A DNA stretch of 64,000 bases. Origin: a virus (lineage: Duplodnaviria > Heunggongvirae > Uroviricota > Caudoviricetes). The notes under the pieces were generated by a model. That model did not search any database and was not told the DNA's origin. It was given only the letters and a program-made list of their open reading frames with translations. Made by a program: the position numbers and the translations under genes. The stretch is taken from the IMG/VR virus record IMGVR_UViG_3300044984_001938, one strand, 5' to 3'. This document shows positions 9,094-17,959 of the stretch, piece by piece (positions within the stretch are counted from its first letter, which is position 1; each line of letters opens with the position of its first letter).

Positions 9094-10380
9094 ATGAAAT
9101 TTAATTTAAAAAACTTCTTATCTAGTCCGTGGACTATTTTAGGATCAATCATAATCGGAGTGTTGGCAGGAGTACATGCACCTGCATTAAGTATGAACTT
9201 TGAAAGTGTTGGTGGAATTTACATTAGCTTGCTTAAAGTTGTTGTAGTACCTTTCTTGCTTGCAACAATTTTAGTTGGGGTTGTTAGTCTTTTACAGAAA
9301 GAAGGCAGCGCCGCAATGATACGAAAGATTATCATAGGCTTCATTGCAAGTATGTTCATTGCCGCAGTGATAGGAGTTGGTACTGTTGCTGTTACCGGCA
9401 GTGAAATGACACCTGCAAAACAATCTCAACTTGGTGCAATTGTCAACGATAAAGATTCTGGTAGTGATCTAAACATCACTCTAACAGAACCCATGCCCAA
9501 GGCTCCACATATTGATCCAATACTGATGGCACAAAAGTTTATTCCGGAAAACATCTTTAACACCCTGGCTGCAGGTGAAAGTTTAAAGATTGTTATCTTT
9601 TGTTTGATATTTGGTATTGCACTGGGCAATATTAAAAGTTCTGGACAAGAAATGCTAGTAGATGTATTGAAAAGTGTACAACAGGCCAGCATCAGTATCT
9701 TTAAGTTTTTAAACTACTTTCTACCGTTTGCTTTATTAGCAATGATCAGCAGTCAAGTTGGTAAAGTTGGAGTTGGCATATTCTTGACCATGGTTGAGTT
9801 TATCATGCAACAAGCAATTGGTGGATTCTTAATTATTGCACTAGGTACTGTTGTCATCTGGAAGCGTTCAGGTCTTAGCTTGATGACTGTTATTCGTGAA
9901 ACCAAAGAAACACTAATTGTTGCGGTTAGCTCACGCAGTAGTTTAGCATGTATCCCATACGCACAAGAAGCATTGCATAAGTTGAAATTTGACAAAACAG
10001 GTGTTGAGTTAACTGTTCCGCTGAGTTTTACAGTTAATCGTATTGGTAGTATTGCGTATTATGCAATTGCCACAGTGTTTATTGCCAACATTTATGGGGC
10101 TCCAATGGGAGTAACCGGGTTGTTAGTTGTATTGTTTGGTAGTATTCTTGCTGGGCTAGCCAGTGCAGGTACAACAGGTATTCTTACAGTTGCTACCGTA
10201 GCAGTTGTTTGTGATTTATTAAAACTTCCAAGTGAAGCAGTATTGGTATTGTTGATTGCAGTTGATCCATTAATGGACATGATTCGTACAGCAAGCCATG
10301 TACACGGTAATGTGGCTGTGACCGCTTTCGTGTGTGATAAAGAGCCAGAATATGGACAAGATCAAAGAGTTACTGCTTAG
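9094..10380 (+). CDS. dicarboxylate/amino acid:cation symporter (DAACS, GltP/GltT-like)
   Basis: 428 aa polytopic membrane protein. The glycine-rich hydrophobic segments and the DPLMDMIRTASHVHGNVAV region are typical of sodium:dicarboxylate symporters. Confidence 0.65.
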   Translation: MKFNLKNFLSSPWTILGSIIIGVLAGVHAPALSMNFESVGGIYISLLKVVVVPFLLATILVGVVSLLQKEGSAAMIRKIIIGFIASMFIAAVIGVGTVAVTGSEMTPAKQSQLGAIVNDKDSGSDLNITLTEPMPKAPHIDPILMAQKFIPENIFNTLAAGESLKIVIFCLIFGIALGNIKSSGQEMLVDVLKSVQQASISIFKFLNYFLPFALLAMISSQVGKVGVGIFLTMVEFIMQQAIGGFLIIALGTVVIWKRSGLSLMTVIRETKETLIVAVSSRSSLACIPYAQEALHKLKFDKTGVELTVPLSFTVNRIGSIAYYAIATVFIANIYGAPMGVTGLLVVLFGSILAGLASAGTTGILTVATVAVVCDLLKLPSEAVLVLLIAVDPLMDMIRTASHVHGNVAVTAFVCDKEPEYGQDQRVTA

Positions 10381-10957
10381 TTTATTAAACTACATAGGTG
10401 AAAGTCCATTTCGCTTATTCACGGTTATTCTATTATGTGTACTGGGATTTGGCGGATGGATCATATACTCAGAAAAAGATGCGTTTATTGCTAGTTATCG
10501 GGCTCAACAGGCCATGCCAAAGATGAATGGCCGATATGAGGATGCACATAACTTTTTGCTGAAAAACACCACTGCTGAAATGGTGGCTATATTAGAAGTA
10601 AATACACTTTCAAATACAAGAAAAATAGCATTTTTATCTACCCGCGGCGCCGGTAGAGATAAAAATCACGATGGTGTTAATGTTGGGTTGTTCTCAAAAA
10701 ATTATGATAACAACACCGATGTGATCAGTTTAATGTCGGGTAAAATTCCCTGTAGTTCATATCTCAAACCGCAAAGTTTGATTGGATTTGTATATCGTGA
10801 TTATGGGGTGAATTTCATGTGCAGAATCAGTGTACCGGCTGAACCCGGTGTTTTCATTGGACAAATAAGTGTGGGTTGGAAAGAACCCCCAGACAACATA
10901 GAAGAAATTCAAACCGCTATGATGATTGCTTCTTCAATACTGTATAGTAAGAAATGA
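10352..10957 (+). CDS. hypothetical membrane-anchored protein
   Basis: The ORF 10334-10957 has one N-terminal TM helix (FRLFTVILLCVLGFGGWIIY) followed by a soluble domain. The start is ambiguous. It overlaps the symporter end. Confidence 0.35.
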   Translation: MDKIKELLLSLLNYIGESPFRLFTVILLCVLGFGGWIIYSEKDAFIASYRAQQAMPKMNGRYEDAHNFLLKNTTAEMVAILEVNTLSNTRKIAFLSTRGAGRDKNHDGVNVGLFSKNYDNNTDVISLMSGKIPCSSYLKPQSLIGFVYRDYGVNFMCRISVPAEPGVFIGQISVGWKEPPDNIEEIQTAMMIASSILYSKK

Positions 10958-11012
10958 TACTTCCTTCTATTATCAGTGTTGTGTTACTAGTGATACTAAT
11001 ATTGGTGTTAAT

Positions 11013-11726
11013 ATGAGCAAGCGGCTTGGTGTATTGGGTGGTATGGGGCCTGCTGCTTCAGCCGAATTTATGGTAAGACTGATTGCTCAAACTCCGGCAA
11101 AGCGTGACCAAGACCATATCCCTGCAATTCTTTGGAGCGACACCACAGTTCCAGACCGTAGCACTAGTATGCGAAATGGTGATGACAAACCGTTACCCTA
11201 CCTGTTAGCGGGAATACAAGGATTAATATCAACCGGTTGTAATATAATTGTTATACCATGCAATACTGCACATTTTTGGTTTAACGAAATGGAAAAACAA
11301 GCATCGTGGCATGCTAAAATTGCTCATATTGTAGATAGTGTTGCAGATGCATTAAGAGACATAAAAGTTACTAATGCTAAAATAGGCGTCATGGGTACAC
11401 AAGCAACTATTGAGTTGGGTATGTATCAGTACCGTCTAAATAAGTTAGGTTGGGATTGTATTGCACCGACTAAAGAAGAAATGGATACACTAGTACAGCC
11501 TGCCATTGATTTAATTAAAGCCAATCAGATTGCAGAAGCATATCCAATGTTAATGACTGTAATTCATAGTCTTATTGACAAAGGAGCAAAAGCAGTGGTA
11601 TTAGGCTGCACTGAAATACCACTGTCTATTAAAGAAGATACAGTACAGGATACACCAATAATTAACAGCATTGACAGTTTAGTAAAGTCTGTTATTAAAG
11701 AATTCAAAAAGGGGAAACTAACATGA
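11013..11726 (+). CDS. aspartate/glutamate racemase family protein
   Basis: MSKRLGVLGGMGPAASAEF is the racemase N-terminal motif, and the second catalytic Cys sits in VVLGCTEIPL. The internal Met was chosen as the start because the track ORF at 10926 overlaps the upstream gene. Confidence 0.75.
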   Translation: MSKRLGVLGGMGPAASAEFMVRLIAQTPAKRDQDHIPAILWSDTTVPDRSTSMRNGDDKPLPYLLAGIQGLISTGCNIIVIPCNTAHFWFNEMEKQASWHAKIAHIVDSVADALRDIKVTNAKIGVMGTQATIELGMYQYRLNKLGWDCIAPTKEEMDTLVQPAIDLIKANQIAEAYPMLMTVIHSLIDKGAKAVVLGCTEIPLSIKEDTVQDTPIINSIDSLVKSVIKEFKKGKLT

Positions 11727-12049
11727 ACTTATCATCGGTTATATTTGTAATCGCAGTATTTGCCTCAGGTGGTGTTTTCGCACAAGCAAAAAGTCCCGAA
11801 GAACTTGTGAATGTGAAAATAGCATGTTATGATACTGATATACTAATTAAAACATTACTTGATACACATAAAGAGTATCCCATACTTATGGGGATAACCG
11901 ACGATAACGCAAATTCCACTATGGCAGTTTGGATAAACTTTAGAACTAAAACATGGACTATAGTTGCTACTAAGGAAAAGGTAAGCTGTGTTATTGTATC
12001 AGGTAAGGGAATAGAATTAGTTCCATATAAAAAGGAACCAATGATTTGA
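11723..12049 (+). CDS. small secreted hypothetical protein
   Basis: 108 aa with signal peptide MNLSSVIFVIAVFASGGVFAQA. ATGA overlap with the racemase gene. Confidence 0.4.
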   Translation: MNLSSVIFVIAVFASGGVFAQAKSPEELVNVKIACYDTDILIKTLLDTHKEYPILMGITDDNANSTMAVWINFRTKTWTIVATKEKVSCVIVSGKGIELVPYKKEPMI

Positions 12050-12783
12050 AGAAAACTGTACTATTTTTGCTATTAGCCGCATCCCAATGTGTAACTTATG
12101 CACAATCCAATTTAACGGCTCAAGCATGGTTGATTGCAGATGCTAATGGTGCAATACTTGAGGGTGTGCATACCACTGAGGTTAGGGCTATTGCTAGTAT
12201 AACTAAATTAATGACAAGTATGGTTGTATTAGATAGTGGGCAATCATTAACTGAAACAATTCCCAAGAAACTTTACAATAGAAAATTCACCAGACAAGAA
12301 TTATTCAATTTAGCAATTGTTAAATCAGACAACAATGCTGCTAGAATGTTATGCGAATACTATCCTGGTGGAGTTAAAAAATGTGTTGAAGCAATGAATA
12401 CAAAAGCTAGTTCATTAGCTATGAATAATAGCCGGTTTACTGACCCAACTGGGTTGTTTAACACCAATGTAAGTACCGCAGAAGATTTAGTTAAATTAGT
12501 AATGGCTGCAAAGAATTACCCAATCATCACTAATGCAAGTAATACATCAATCATTAAATGGAAAATCAATAAGAAGAAATCTGCGGTCTTTCACAATACT
12601 AACAGGCTAGTGGGCAAAGGTGTTGATTTTATAGTAAGTAAAACAGGATGGATAACTGCCAGTGGCGGATGTATTGTTATGATGTTACAGGGTGAGCAGG
12701 GTATTAGGACTGTAATCCTATTAGGTAGCAAGAATACACAGACACGCATCCCAGAAGCGTATATGTTATCTAAGCTACATTAA
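12046..12783 (+). CDS. D-alanyl-D-alanine carboxypeptidase / serine beta-lactamase-fold protein (peptidase S11-like)
   Basis: It has a signal peptide plus the three penicillin-binding-protein motifs in order: SITKLMT (SxxK), SDNNAAR (SxN) and KTGWIT (KTG). Confidence 0.75.
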   Translation: MKKTVLFLLLAASQCVTYAQSNLTAQAWLIADANGAILEGVHTTEVRAIASITKLMTSMVVLDSGQSLTETIPKKLYNRKFTRQELFNLAIVKSDNNAARMLCEYYPGGVKKCVEAMNTKASSLAMNNSRFTDPTGLFNTNVSTAEDLVKLVMAAKNYPIITNASNTSIIKWKINKKKSAVFHNTNRLVGKGVDFIVSKTGWITASGGCIVMMLQGEQGIRTVILLGSKNTQTRIPEAYMLSKLH

Positions 12784-13034
12784 TTCCGCTTGGGGGTATA
12801 ATCTACTCCTGCTACGGGAGTAAAGTCTTTGGTTAGATTGTTTACCATATCTTCACCGTACTTCAATGTAAGCATACTGAAGTTTTGATCATTGCCGTCT
12901 TTTTTCAGACCAATCATAAAATATTGATACCAGCGTATTTTAGGATTGGCAAACTTCTTAACAATATTGTCTTTTTCAATATCATCAAAATTATTATTTT
13001 CACGGTAAAAAGTATAATATTTCATTGTTTCCAC
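12780..13034 (-). CDS. hypothetical protein
   Basis: 84-aa ORF on the coding strand. Confidence 0.35.
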   Translation of the reverse strand: METMKYYTFYRENNNFDDIEKDNIVKKFANPKIRWYQYFMIGLKKDGNDQNFSMLTLKYGEDMVNNLTKDFTPVAGVDYTPKRN

Positions 13035-13222
13035 AACACAAAAGCTGTGTAGTCTCGTTCTTTTTCAAAGTAAAATTCATACATGCCACCATCACGCCCT
13101 GCAGGTATCAAGCAAGTATAACCCCATTCACCAATACAGTTTCTCTCTAACCAACTAGTCATTGGTCTTAATTTGCCATAATCAATAATGATTTCAGACT
13201 TAAGATTTGTGTTTAGTAACAA
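13022..13222 (-). CDS. hypothetical protein
   Basis: 66-aa ORF. Confidence 0.3.
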   Translation of the reverse strand: MLLNTNLKSEIIIDYGKLRPMTSWLERNCIGEWGYTCLIPAGRDGGMYEFYFEKERDYTAFVLWKQ

Positions 13223-13721
13223 CTACACCACTCTTTTCTAGGAATTCAATTCCAGCTGGATCTCTATAAGTATTGCGATAGTAAAGACTATTGATACCAC
13301 TTTGATAAATCAACTTAGCGCAATTGATACATGGTGCATGAGTACAAAACATTGTTGCACCCTCGCTAGATTCTGTGCTTGCGGACACTTTCATTAGGGC
13401 GTTACTTTCTGAATGGAGGACCTCTGGTTTAGTTTTCAACCGATAGCGCCTGGCATATCCCAAGTCAGGCTCTATATCATCTTCAACAAAAGGCCATTGT
13501 TCATTAATTTCTTCAGGGGCTAGCCATCCACCAGCATCACCACTCATGTATTCAACACTTTCACAATTGTTATCCCATCCACTTGGCATGCCATTAAATC
13601 CACTTGCAAGGATTTTGTTACCCTTGACAATTACTGATCCAACTTGTAGGCGTTTAGCATAACTCAATGTACTAGTGAGTTCTGCTATCTGCATGTAATA
13701 ATTTACAAATTTTTGCTTCAT
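13200..13721 (-). CDS. dCMP deaminase (cytidine/deoxycytidylate deaminase family)
   Basis: The zinc motifs HSESNAL (H[AC]E) and HAPCINCAKLI (PCxxC) are present, at the size of a dCMP deaminase. Confidence 0.7.
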   Translation of the reverse strand: MKQKFVNYYMQIAELTSTLSYAKRLQVGSVIVKGNKILASGFNGMPSGWDNNCESVEYMSGDAGGWLAPEEINEQWPFVEDDIEPDLGYARRYRLKTKPEVLHSESNALMKVSASTESSEGATMFCTHAPCINCAKLIYQSGINSLYYRNTYRDPAGIEFLEKSGVVVTKHKS

Positions 13722-13957
13722 TTTAGGTAGAATGTTTTAATATGTGCTCTTGCTGAATTGTTTCCTAATATACTTAGTATATAATTCGTCTGCCCATATT
13801 TTTCACAAAATGCTGGTCCTAATTTAGTATCACCCTTAATTTCTTCAAACAGAAACTCTTTGCAAAAATCTTCAAATTCTTGTTTGGTAATAGTAAAACT
13901 TTTCTTACTTTTACCCGGTGTCCACATCTGTAATTGTTTGGCCATGTTACTAAACAT
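13718..13957 (-). CDS. hypothetical protein
   Basis: 79-aa ORF with ATGA overlap. Confidence 0.35.
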   Translation of the reverse strand: MFSNMAKQLQMWTPGKSKKSFTITKQEFEDFCKEFLFEEIKGDTKLGPAFCEKYGQTNYILSILGNNSARAHIKTFYLK

Positions 13958-13958
13958 A

Positions 13959-14507
13959 CTAATTCCACAAACTACGAAAATACTTGCCGAACAACTCTAA
14001 TCCTTCTTGGATGCGTTCGTCATGTTTCAAATGCCCAACACCATCGTACCAATGCTCTGCGGGATTCCTATCTACCATTTGATATGTAGCTTCTACTTTA
14101 CCTGTAATTGGAGATTGTTTATTAAGATATATTTTGTCACTTTTGATCCAGTTGTACTCGGCATCACCATGATGATATTGATCAGTATAATCATCCTTGA
14201 GTATTTGCTCAAACGACCAAATCATTTTTTCTAAGATTTCATCCCATCGTTCTGTGCCAACTTTCCATGATTCGTCATGGGTTTCTTGGTAGAAATCAAA
14301 ACTACCTTGCACCCCAAATGCTTCGCCACCAACCTCACCAAACTCAACGGGTACACCGTTCTTAGTTGCTTTAAGTTGAAGCAATGCTGGATAGATGATT
14401 AGTGCTAGTGTACAGTCTAAATTCCAAGTGTCGTAGTTATCAATCTGTACTTTGATCTTTCTAGTACCACTAGAGTTCTTTGGGAATTTACCAATATTTA
14501 TTTTCAT
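13959..14507 (-). CDS. hypothetical protein
   Basis: 182-aa ORF with no clear motif. Confidence 0.45.
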   Translation of the reverse strand: MKINIGKFPKNSSGTRKIKVQIDNYDTWNLDCTLALIIYPALLQLKATKNGVPVEFGEVGGEAFGVQGSFDFYQETHDESWKVGTERWDEILEKMIWSFEQILKDDYTDQYHHGDAEYNWIKSDKIYLNKQSPITGKVEATYQMVDRNPAEHWYDGVGHLKHDERIQEGLELFGKYFRSLWN

Positions 14508-14510
14508 GTG

Positions 14511-14720
14511 TTAACACTCTATATCTACATTTTGTCCCTTACTCCTACCTAAACGCCGATTTGCTTCAGTCCTTAGTTCTTGATTTCTAGTATCTATGCC
14601 CTTGATTATTTTTTTAGTATCTTCAACTATTTTTCTATACCGTTCTTCCTCGTGCGTTCTTATTACTGCTGCTCGTTGTAACTCAACCAGTTGTTGATGA
14701 TTAATCCCTTGTACTTTCAT
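14511..14720 (-). CDS. hypothetical small basic protein
   Basis: 69 aa. Confidence 0.3.
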   Translation of the reverse strand: MKVQGINHQQLVELQRAAVIRTHEEERYRKIVEDTKKIIKGIDTRNQELRTEANRRLGRSKGQNVDIEC

Positions 14721-15061
14721 ATTGAAGTTTTAACCTTTCCATCGTCAAACCATACTACTTCTTTATTGTAACTGACCACTGCAACTTTGCTGTTTTCTTT
14801 CGCAAGTTGTGCAAGTTCATCTAGTGTTTTACCTTGGGCTATAAAGCTATTGGTTTCATGTTCGTAAAGATATAGAACCTCATTGCTATTCTCCACAAAA
14901 TATTTCTTTACTGCAATTACTCCTGCGTTTTCCTCTGCTTCAATATCTATGCCTGCTTCTTTTAGTTTGATACGCAGGTGATAATAGATAATTTTAGCCA
15001 TTATAAACATTCCCAATATGAATGCCAAGACGAGGGCCAGAAAAGATGAAATATAATCCAT
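14717..15061 (-). CDS. hypothetical membrane protein
   Basis: N-terminal TM helix FLALVLAFILGMFIMAKIIYY. Confidence 0.4.
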   Translation of the reverse strand: MDYISSFLALVLAFILGMFIMAKIIYYHLRIKLKEAGIDIEAEENAGVIAVKKYFVENSNEVLYLYEHETNSFIAQGKTLDELAQLAKENSKVAVVSYNKEVVWFDDGKVKTSI

Positions 15062-15065
15062 ACTA

Positions 15066-15347
15066 TTATTTATTAATAGTTAAGTTAGACCATTTTTTCA
15101 GCTTCTCAAATTTTTGTTTCTTTGCTAAACTGATCCCAGTTTGAGTAACTCCGATCTTCATATCAACTAGCAATTCAACCATGGCAAACAGGTCACCAAT
15201 TTCTTCTTCAAGCATATTAAGATTGGTTTTATCTTTACCTGGCTTCATTTGGTCAGGTCCAAACCGCATACACTTACTAACAGCTTGTGTTACTTCTGCA
15301 CATTCTTCTTGCAGGATTAACATGATTTCTTTTAATTCATTATTCAT
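15066..15347 (-). CDS. MazG-like nucleoside triphosphate pyrophosphohydrolase (small all-alpha NTP-PPase)
   Basis: LILQEECAEV...LEEEIGDLF is the EExxE/D metal-binding pattern of MazG-type domains. The protein is 93 aa. Confidence 0.5.
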   Translation of the reverse strand: MNNELKEIMLILQEECAEVTQAVSKCMRFGPDQMKPGKDKTNLNMLEEEIGDLFAMVELLVDMKIGVTQTGISLAKKQKFEKLKKWSNLTINK

Positions 15348-15574
15348 TCTTCAACTCCGAAATGATTTTTAACACTATCTCTAATCCGGTGCATAGTATC
15401 TATCTCCATATAATCAACTGGAGTTTCAAGTATAACCTTGGCACATTCTGCCACAATCAACTGAGCGAACTTTTCATCCCTGGTGTCATACCAATCTGCA
15501 TTGGCATCGGTATCGCAAATATCATTGGCATATTTGTCAGCCTGTATAACAAGTTCTTTAATTTGTTTGTTCAT
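15344..15574 (-). CDS. HFGVEE-family small protein (paralog 1)
   Basis: MNKQIKELVIQA...EKFAQLIVAECAKV...HFGVEE. Confidence 0.55.
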   Translation of the reverse strand: MNKQIKELVIQADKYANDICDTDANADWYDTRDEKFAQLIVAECAKVILETPVDYMEIDTMHRIRDSVKNHFGVEE

Positions 15575-15780
15575 TCTTCAACTCCGAAATGATGTTTAAT
15601 TTGATGTCCTGGGTCTGCCCATCCACCATCGGCAACCTTAGCACATTCCTGAACAATCAACTGGGCGAACTTTTCTTTATTAAACTTATAGTGTTGAACT
15701 ACTGTTTGATTGTAGGAATCAAAAGTTTGGTAATCAAGTTCATCAGCCTGCTGGGCAAGTTGATTAATTCGTTCGTTCAT
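15571..15780 (-). CDS. HFGVEE-family small protein (paralog 2)
   Basis: MNERINQLAQQA...EKFAQLIVQECAKV...HFGVEE. Confidence 0.55.
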   Translation of the reverse strand: MNERINQLAQQADELDYQTFDSYNQTVVQHYKFNKEKFAQLIVQECAKVADGGWADPGHQIKHHFGVEE

Positions 15781-15938
15781 CGTATTTCCTCTAATGCTCG
15801 TTTAACGTGTTTCTTTTTGTAGTGTGAAAAGTATTTGATAATTTCTTCATCAAACAAATAGTGCGGGTTACTCAAATTATGAGCACCGATAAACTCCTCA
15901 ACCTCGTCCAACAATTCTTGGAACTTTTCTGGTTTCAT
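15777..15938 (-). CDS. small hypothetical protein (53 aa, not in ORF track)
   Basis: Hand-translated as MKPEKFQELLDEVEEFIGAHNLSNPHYLFDEEIIKYFSHYKKKHVKRALEEIR. It fills the gap between paralogs and has ATGA overlaps on both sides. Confidence 0.3.
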   Translation of the reverse strand: MKPEKFQELLDEVEEFIGAHNLSNPHYLFDEEIIKYFSHYKKKHVKRALEEIR

Positions 15939-16129
15939 TCTTCAACTCCGAAAAGTTCTGTACCTGCCGCAACATGTCCGCTAGTAACTGCTTTACCGTT
16001 GCGTATAACCATTTCATTCCACATGCCTAATTCAAAGTTCCAACGAATGTATTGTTGATTAGGCAACTCGTACCATTTTCCGTCTCGGGGAGTATCGGCA
16101 AATTTTACTCTAGTTTCAACTTCGTTCAT
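15935..16129 (-). CDS. HFGVEE-family divergent member
   Basis: It begins MNE and ends LFGVEE. The middle region is divergent. Confidence 0.4.
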   Translation of the reverse strand: MNEVETRVKFADTPRDGKWYELPNQQYIRWNFELGMWNEMVIRNGKAVTSGHVAAGTELFGVEE

Positions 16130-16380
16130 TCTTCAACTCCGAAATGTTGTTTGATCTTGCCGACATAGGTTGAAGCAGGTTCACGATGATTTACTGCATT
16201 CTCTACAACACCTGCACATTCCTGCACAATCAACGCAGCGAACTTTTCTATTTGCTCTAATCCGTCTTGTTCAGAGTCAGCCAGGGCGTCAACCGTACCC
16301 CAGTAGTGTAGCAAGAGTGCTGGACCTAGTCTAGCCTGTAGAGCAAGTTGATTAATTCGTTCGTTCATTTTATACTCCAA
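16126..16380 (-). CDS. HFGVEE-family small protein (paralog 4)
   Basis: The internal start MNERINQLALQA is likely. The protein then runs ...EKFAALIVQECAGV...HFGVEE. Confidence 0.55.
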   Translation of the reverse strand: MEYKMNERINQLALQARLGPALLLHYWGTVDALADSEQDGLEQIEKFAALIVQECAGVVENAVNHREPASTYVGKIKQHFGVEE

Positions 16381-16600
16381 ACCGTTTGATAATTGTATTA
16401 AGTGCAGTGATGGCTACACTGTCACCTACAACATCATCAGGGTGCAGCCAAATACCGTCTGGGTTATCTTCCGTTAGTGGGTTCTTACGCCAAGCGGCGA
16501 GTTCTTTTGTAAGATAGCTCTTGTACTCTTTTAATGTCAGCAGTGTAATACGATCTGCTGTTTCACCGTCTAGGGTGATTGGTCCGATTCGTTTGGTCAT
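16370..16600 (-). CDS. hypothetical small protein ending in RFGV
   Basis: 76 aa. Only the C-terminal FGV is shared with the family. Confidence 0.4.
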   Translation of the reverse strand: MTKRIGPITLDGETADRITLLTLKEYKSYLTKELAAWRKNPLTEDNPDGIWLHPDDVVGDSVAITALNTIIKRFGV

Positions 16601-16740
16601 AGTGAATCCCTCAATTTTTGAATCTTACGCAACACTAGGAGACATTCATTAAAACTCTTGCCTTCTTTTTCCATTCTAGTCAGCAAAATCTCTAATCGCA
16701 TAATCTCTTCCGACTTTTGATCACGGGTTAACATTGTCAT
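16597..16740 (-). CDS. small hypothetical protein (47 aa, not in ORF track)
   Basis: Hand-translated as MTMLTRDQKSEEIMRLEILLTRMEKEGKSFNECLLVLRKIQKLRDSL. It is preceded by a degenerate copy of the junction motif and overlaps the next gene by ATGA. Confidence 0.25.
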   Translation of the reverse strand: MTMLTRDQKSEEIMRLEILLTRMEKEGKSFNECLLVLRKIQKLRDSL

Positions 16741-16857
16741 TCTTCAACCCATGTTATCTTGTGGATGATCATCTTTTGGCTGTGTATCTAAATATTGAAA
16801 GAATTTAACAAGACAATATACACTAACAATTAACTGAACCAATTCAACAATCATGCG

Positions 16858-17091
16858 TTACTCCTTGAAATGTTCTATCACTGCGTCAGCAACATCAAGG
16901 TAAGTGTTCTGCGGGAAATTATTGGCCACAACCTGCATTGTTTCTTTGACAATCAGTTCGGCGAACTTTTCTAAATCACGATTAGCTGATTCAGGAAAAT
17001 CAATTGGGTTATCAGTGTTGGTATAGTGCGGCTGCTGTGTCTTCCACTCTAATCCAGCTTGCCGCGCAAGTTGTTTAATTCGTTCGTTCAT
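16858..17091 (-). CDS. HFGVEE-family small protein (paralog, ends HFKE)
   Basis: MNERIKQLARQA...EKFAELIVKE...EHFKE. Confidence 0.5.
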   Translation of the reverse strand: MNERIKQLARQAGLEWKTQQPHYTNTDNPIDFPESANRDLEKFAELIVKETMQVVANNFPQNTYLDVADAVIEHFKE

Positions 17092-17411
17092 TCTTTATGA
17101 AAGTCTGGTTTAGTAATAATCTCAATCGTAGTATTTTCTATTTTAGAAATATCTTGTTGAAACTTAGCTAGGACACTGGCACCATATCCGCTAGTTCCTT
17201 CATTTCCTTTATAACAGATGTAAAGACTTCCCGATATATTCGTATACTCAAATCTATCATCAAATTCTACTGTTTCGGTGATACCTGAACTAAGTTTCCA
17301 ACTGTCACCACCTGTATATCCGCCATACCAATTACCAAATACTTTTTGTATTTTATCACCTTGGTGATTTATTTCAACAACAATCCATTTGTCTGGTTTA
17401 TATGTACTCAT
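17088..17411 (-). CDS. hypothetical protein
   Basis: 107-aa ORF with ATGA overlap. Confidence 0.4.
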   Translation of the reverse strand: MSTYKPDKWIVVEINHQGDKIQKVFGNWYGGYTGGDSWKLSSGITETVEFDDRFEYTNISGSLYICYKGNEGTSGYGASVLAKFQQDISKIENTTIEIITKPDFHKE

Positions 17412-17860
17412 GCTAATTCCTTCAAATACTTTTCATGTTGAACCCAATCCCCATTACACAAGAAACCCCAATCGCGTGATTGCGGTCCCATAAAGAATAA
17501 TGTAGTAGCAGTACCGCCCGCTTTCAATTCAAGCCAATGATACTCGTTTGCTTTGCGATAGATCACGCTGCCTGGTCCGCGCCATTCTTGAAATTCAGTA
17601 ATCACTTTACCTTCATAATTGAAAACAGGGGTATGCTCATAGTAGCCGCCTCTAAGAATGATGGTCATGTAATCCCAAGGATGATCATGCAAAATTGGGT
17701 CGTCACTCCGAACAATCTTGTGCAAGGTGACATTAAAGGGGAACCATTTGCGATCTTTGAGAAAGATATAATAACGATGTATATAATCTGCTCCAGTCCT
17801 ACGATCTGGAATCAATCTATAGCGACCTAACTTATTCATTACATTATGAAAGAAACTCAT
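17408..17860 (-). CDS. cupin-like hypothetical protein
   Basis: The His-rich segment HDHPWDYMTIILRGGYYEH is suggestive of a cupin metal site. Weak. Confidence 0.35.
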   Translation of the reverse strand: MSFFHNVMNKLGRYRLIPDRRTGADYIHRYYIFLKDRKWFPFNVTLHKIVRSDDPILHDHPWDYMTIILRGGYYEHTPVFNYEGKVITEFQEWRGPGSVIYRKANEYHWLELKAGGTATTLFFMGPQSRDWGFLCNGDWVQHEKYLKELA

Positions 17861-17910
17861 TCAATACTCCCTTCGCTTATTATAGCACATAAATGATTTT
17901 AGTGCAAGTG

Positions 17911-17940
17911 AAAAAGGGTGCATAAAGCACCCTTTTCTTG
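17911..17940. terminator. rho-independent terminator, bidirectional hairpin
   Basis: aaaaagggtgc-ataaa-gcaccctttt is a perfect 8-bp GC-rich stem with A/T runs on both sides. It sits immediately downstream of the minus-strand gene ending at 17960. Confidence 0.6.
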
Positions 17941-17959
17941 CTTATCTCAAGTCTTGAGA

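Noticed and set aside
15344-17091. Repeated about 20-nt sequence recurring at intervals of roughly 200-250 nt: a CRISPR array or a tandem DNA repeat
   Set aside because: The repeats are the conserved ends of paralogous protein-coding genes (FGVEE-stop plus the next ATG). Spacing is irregular and the intervening sequences encode related proteins. This is not a CRISPR array.
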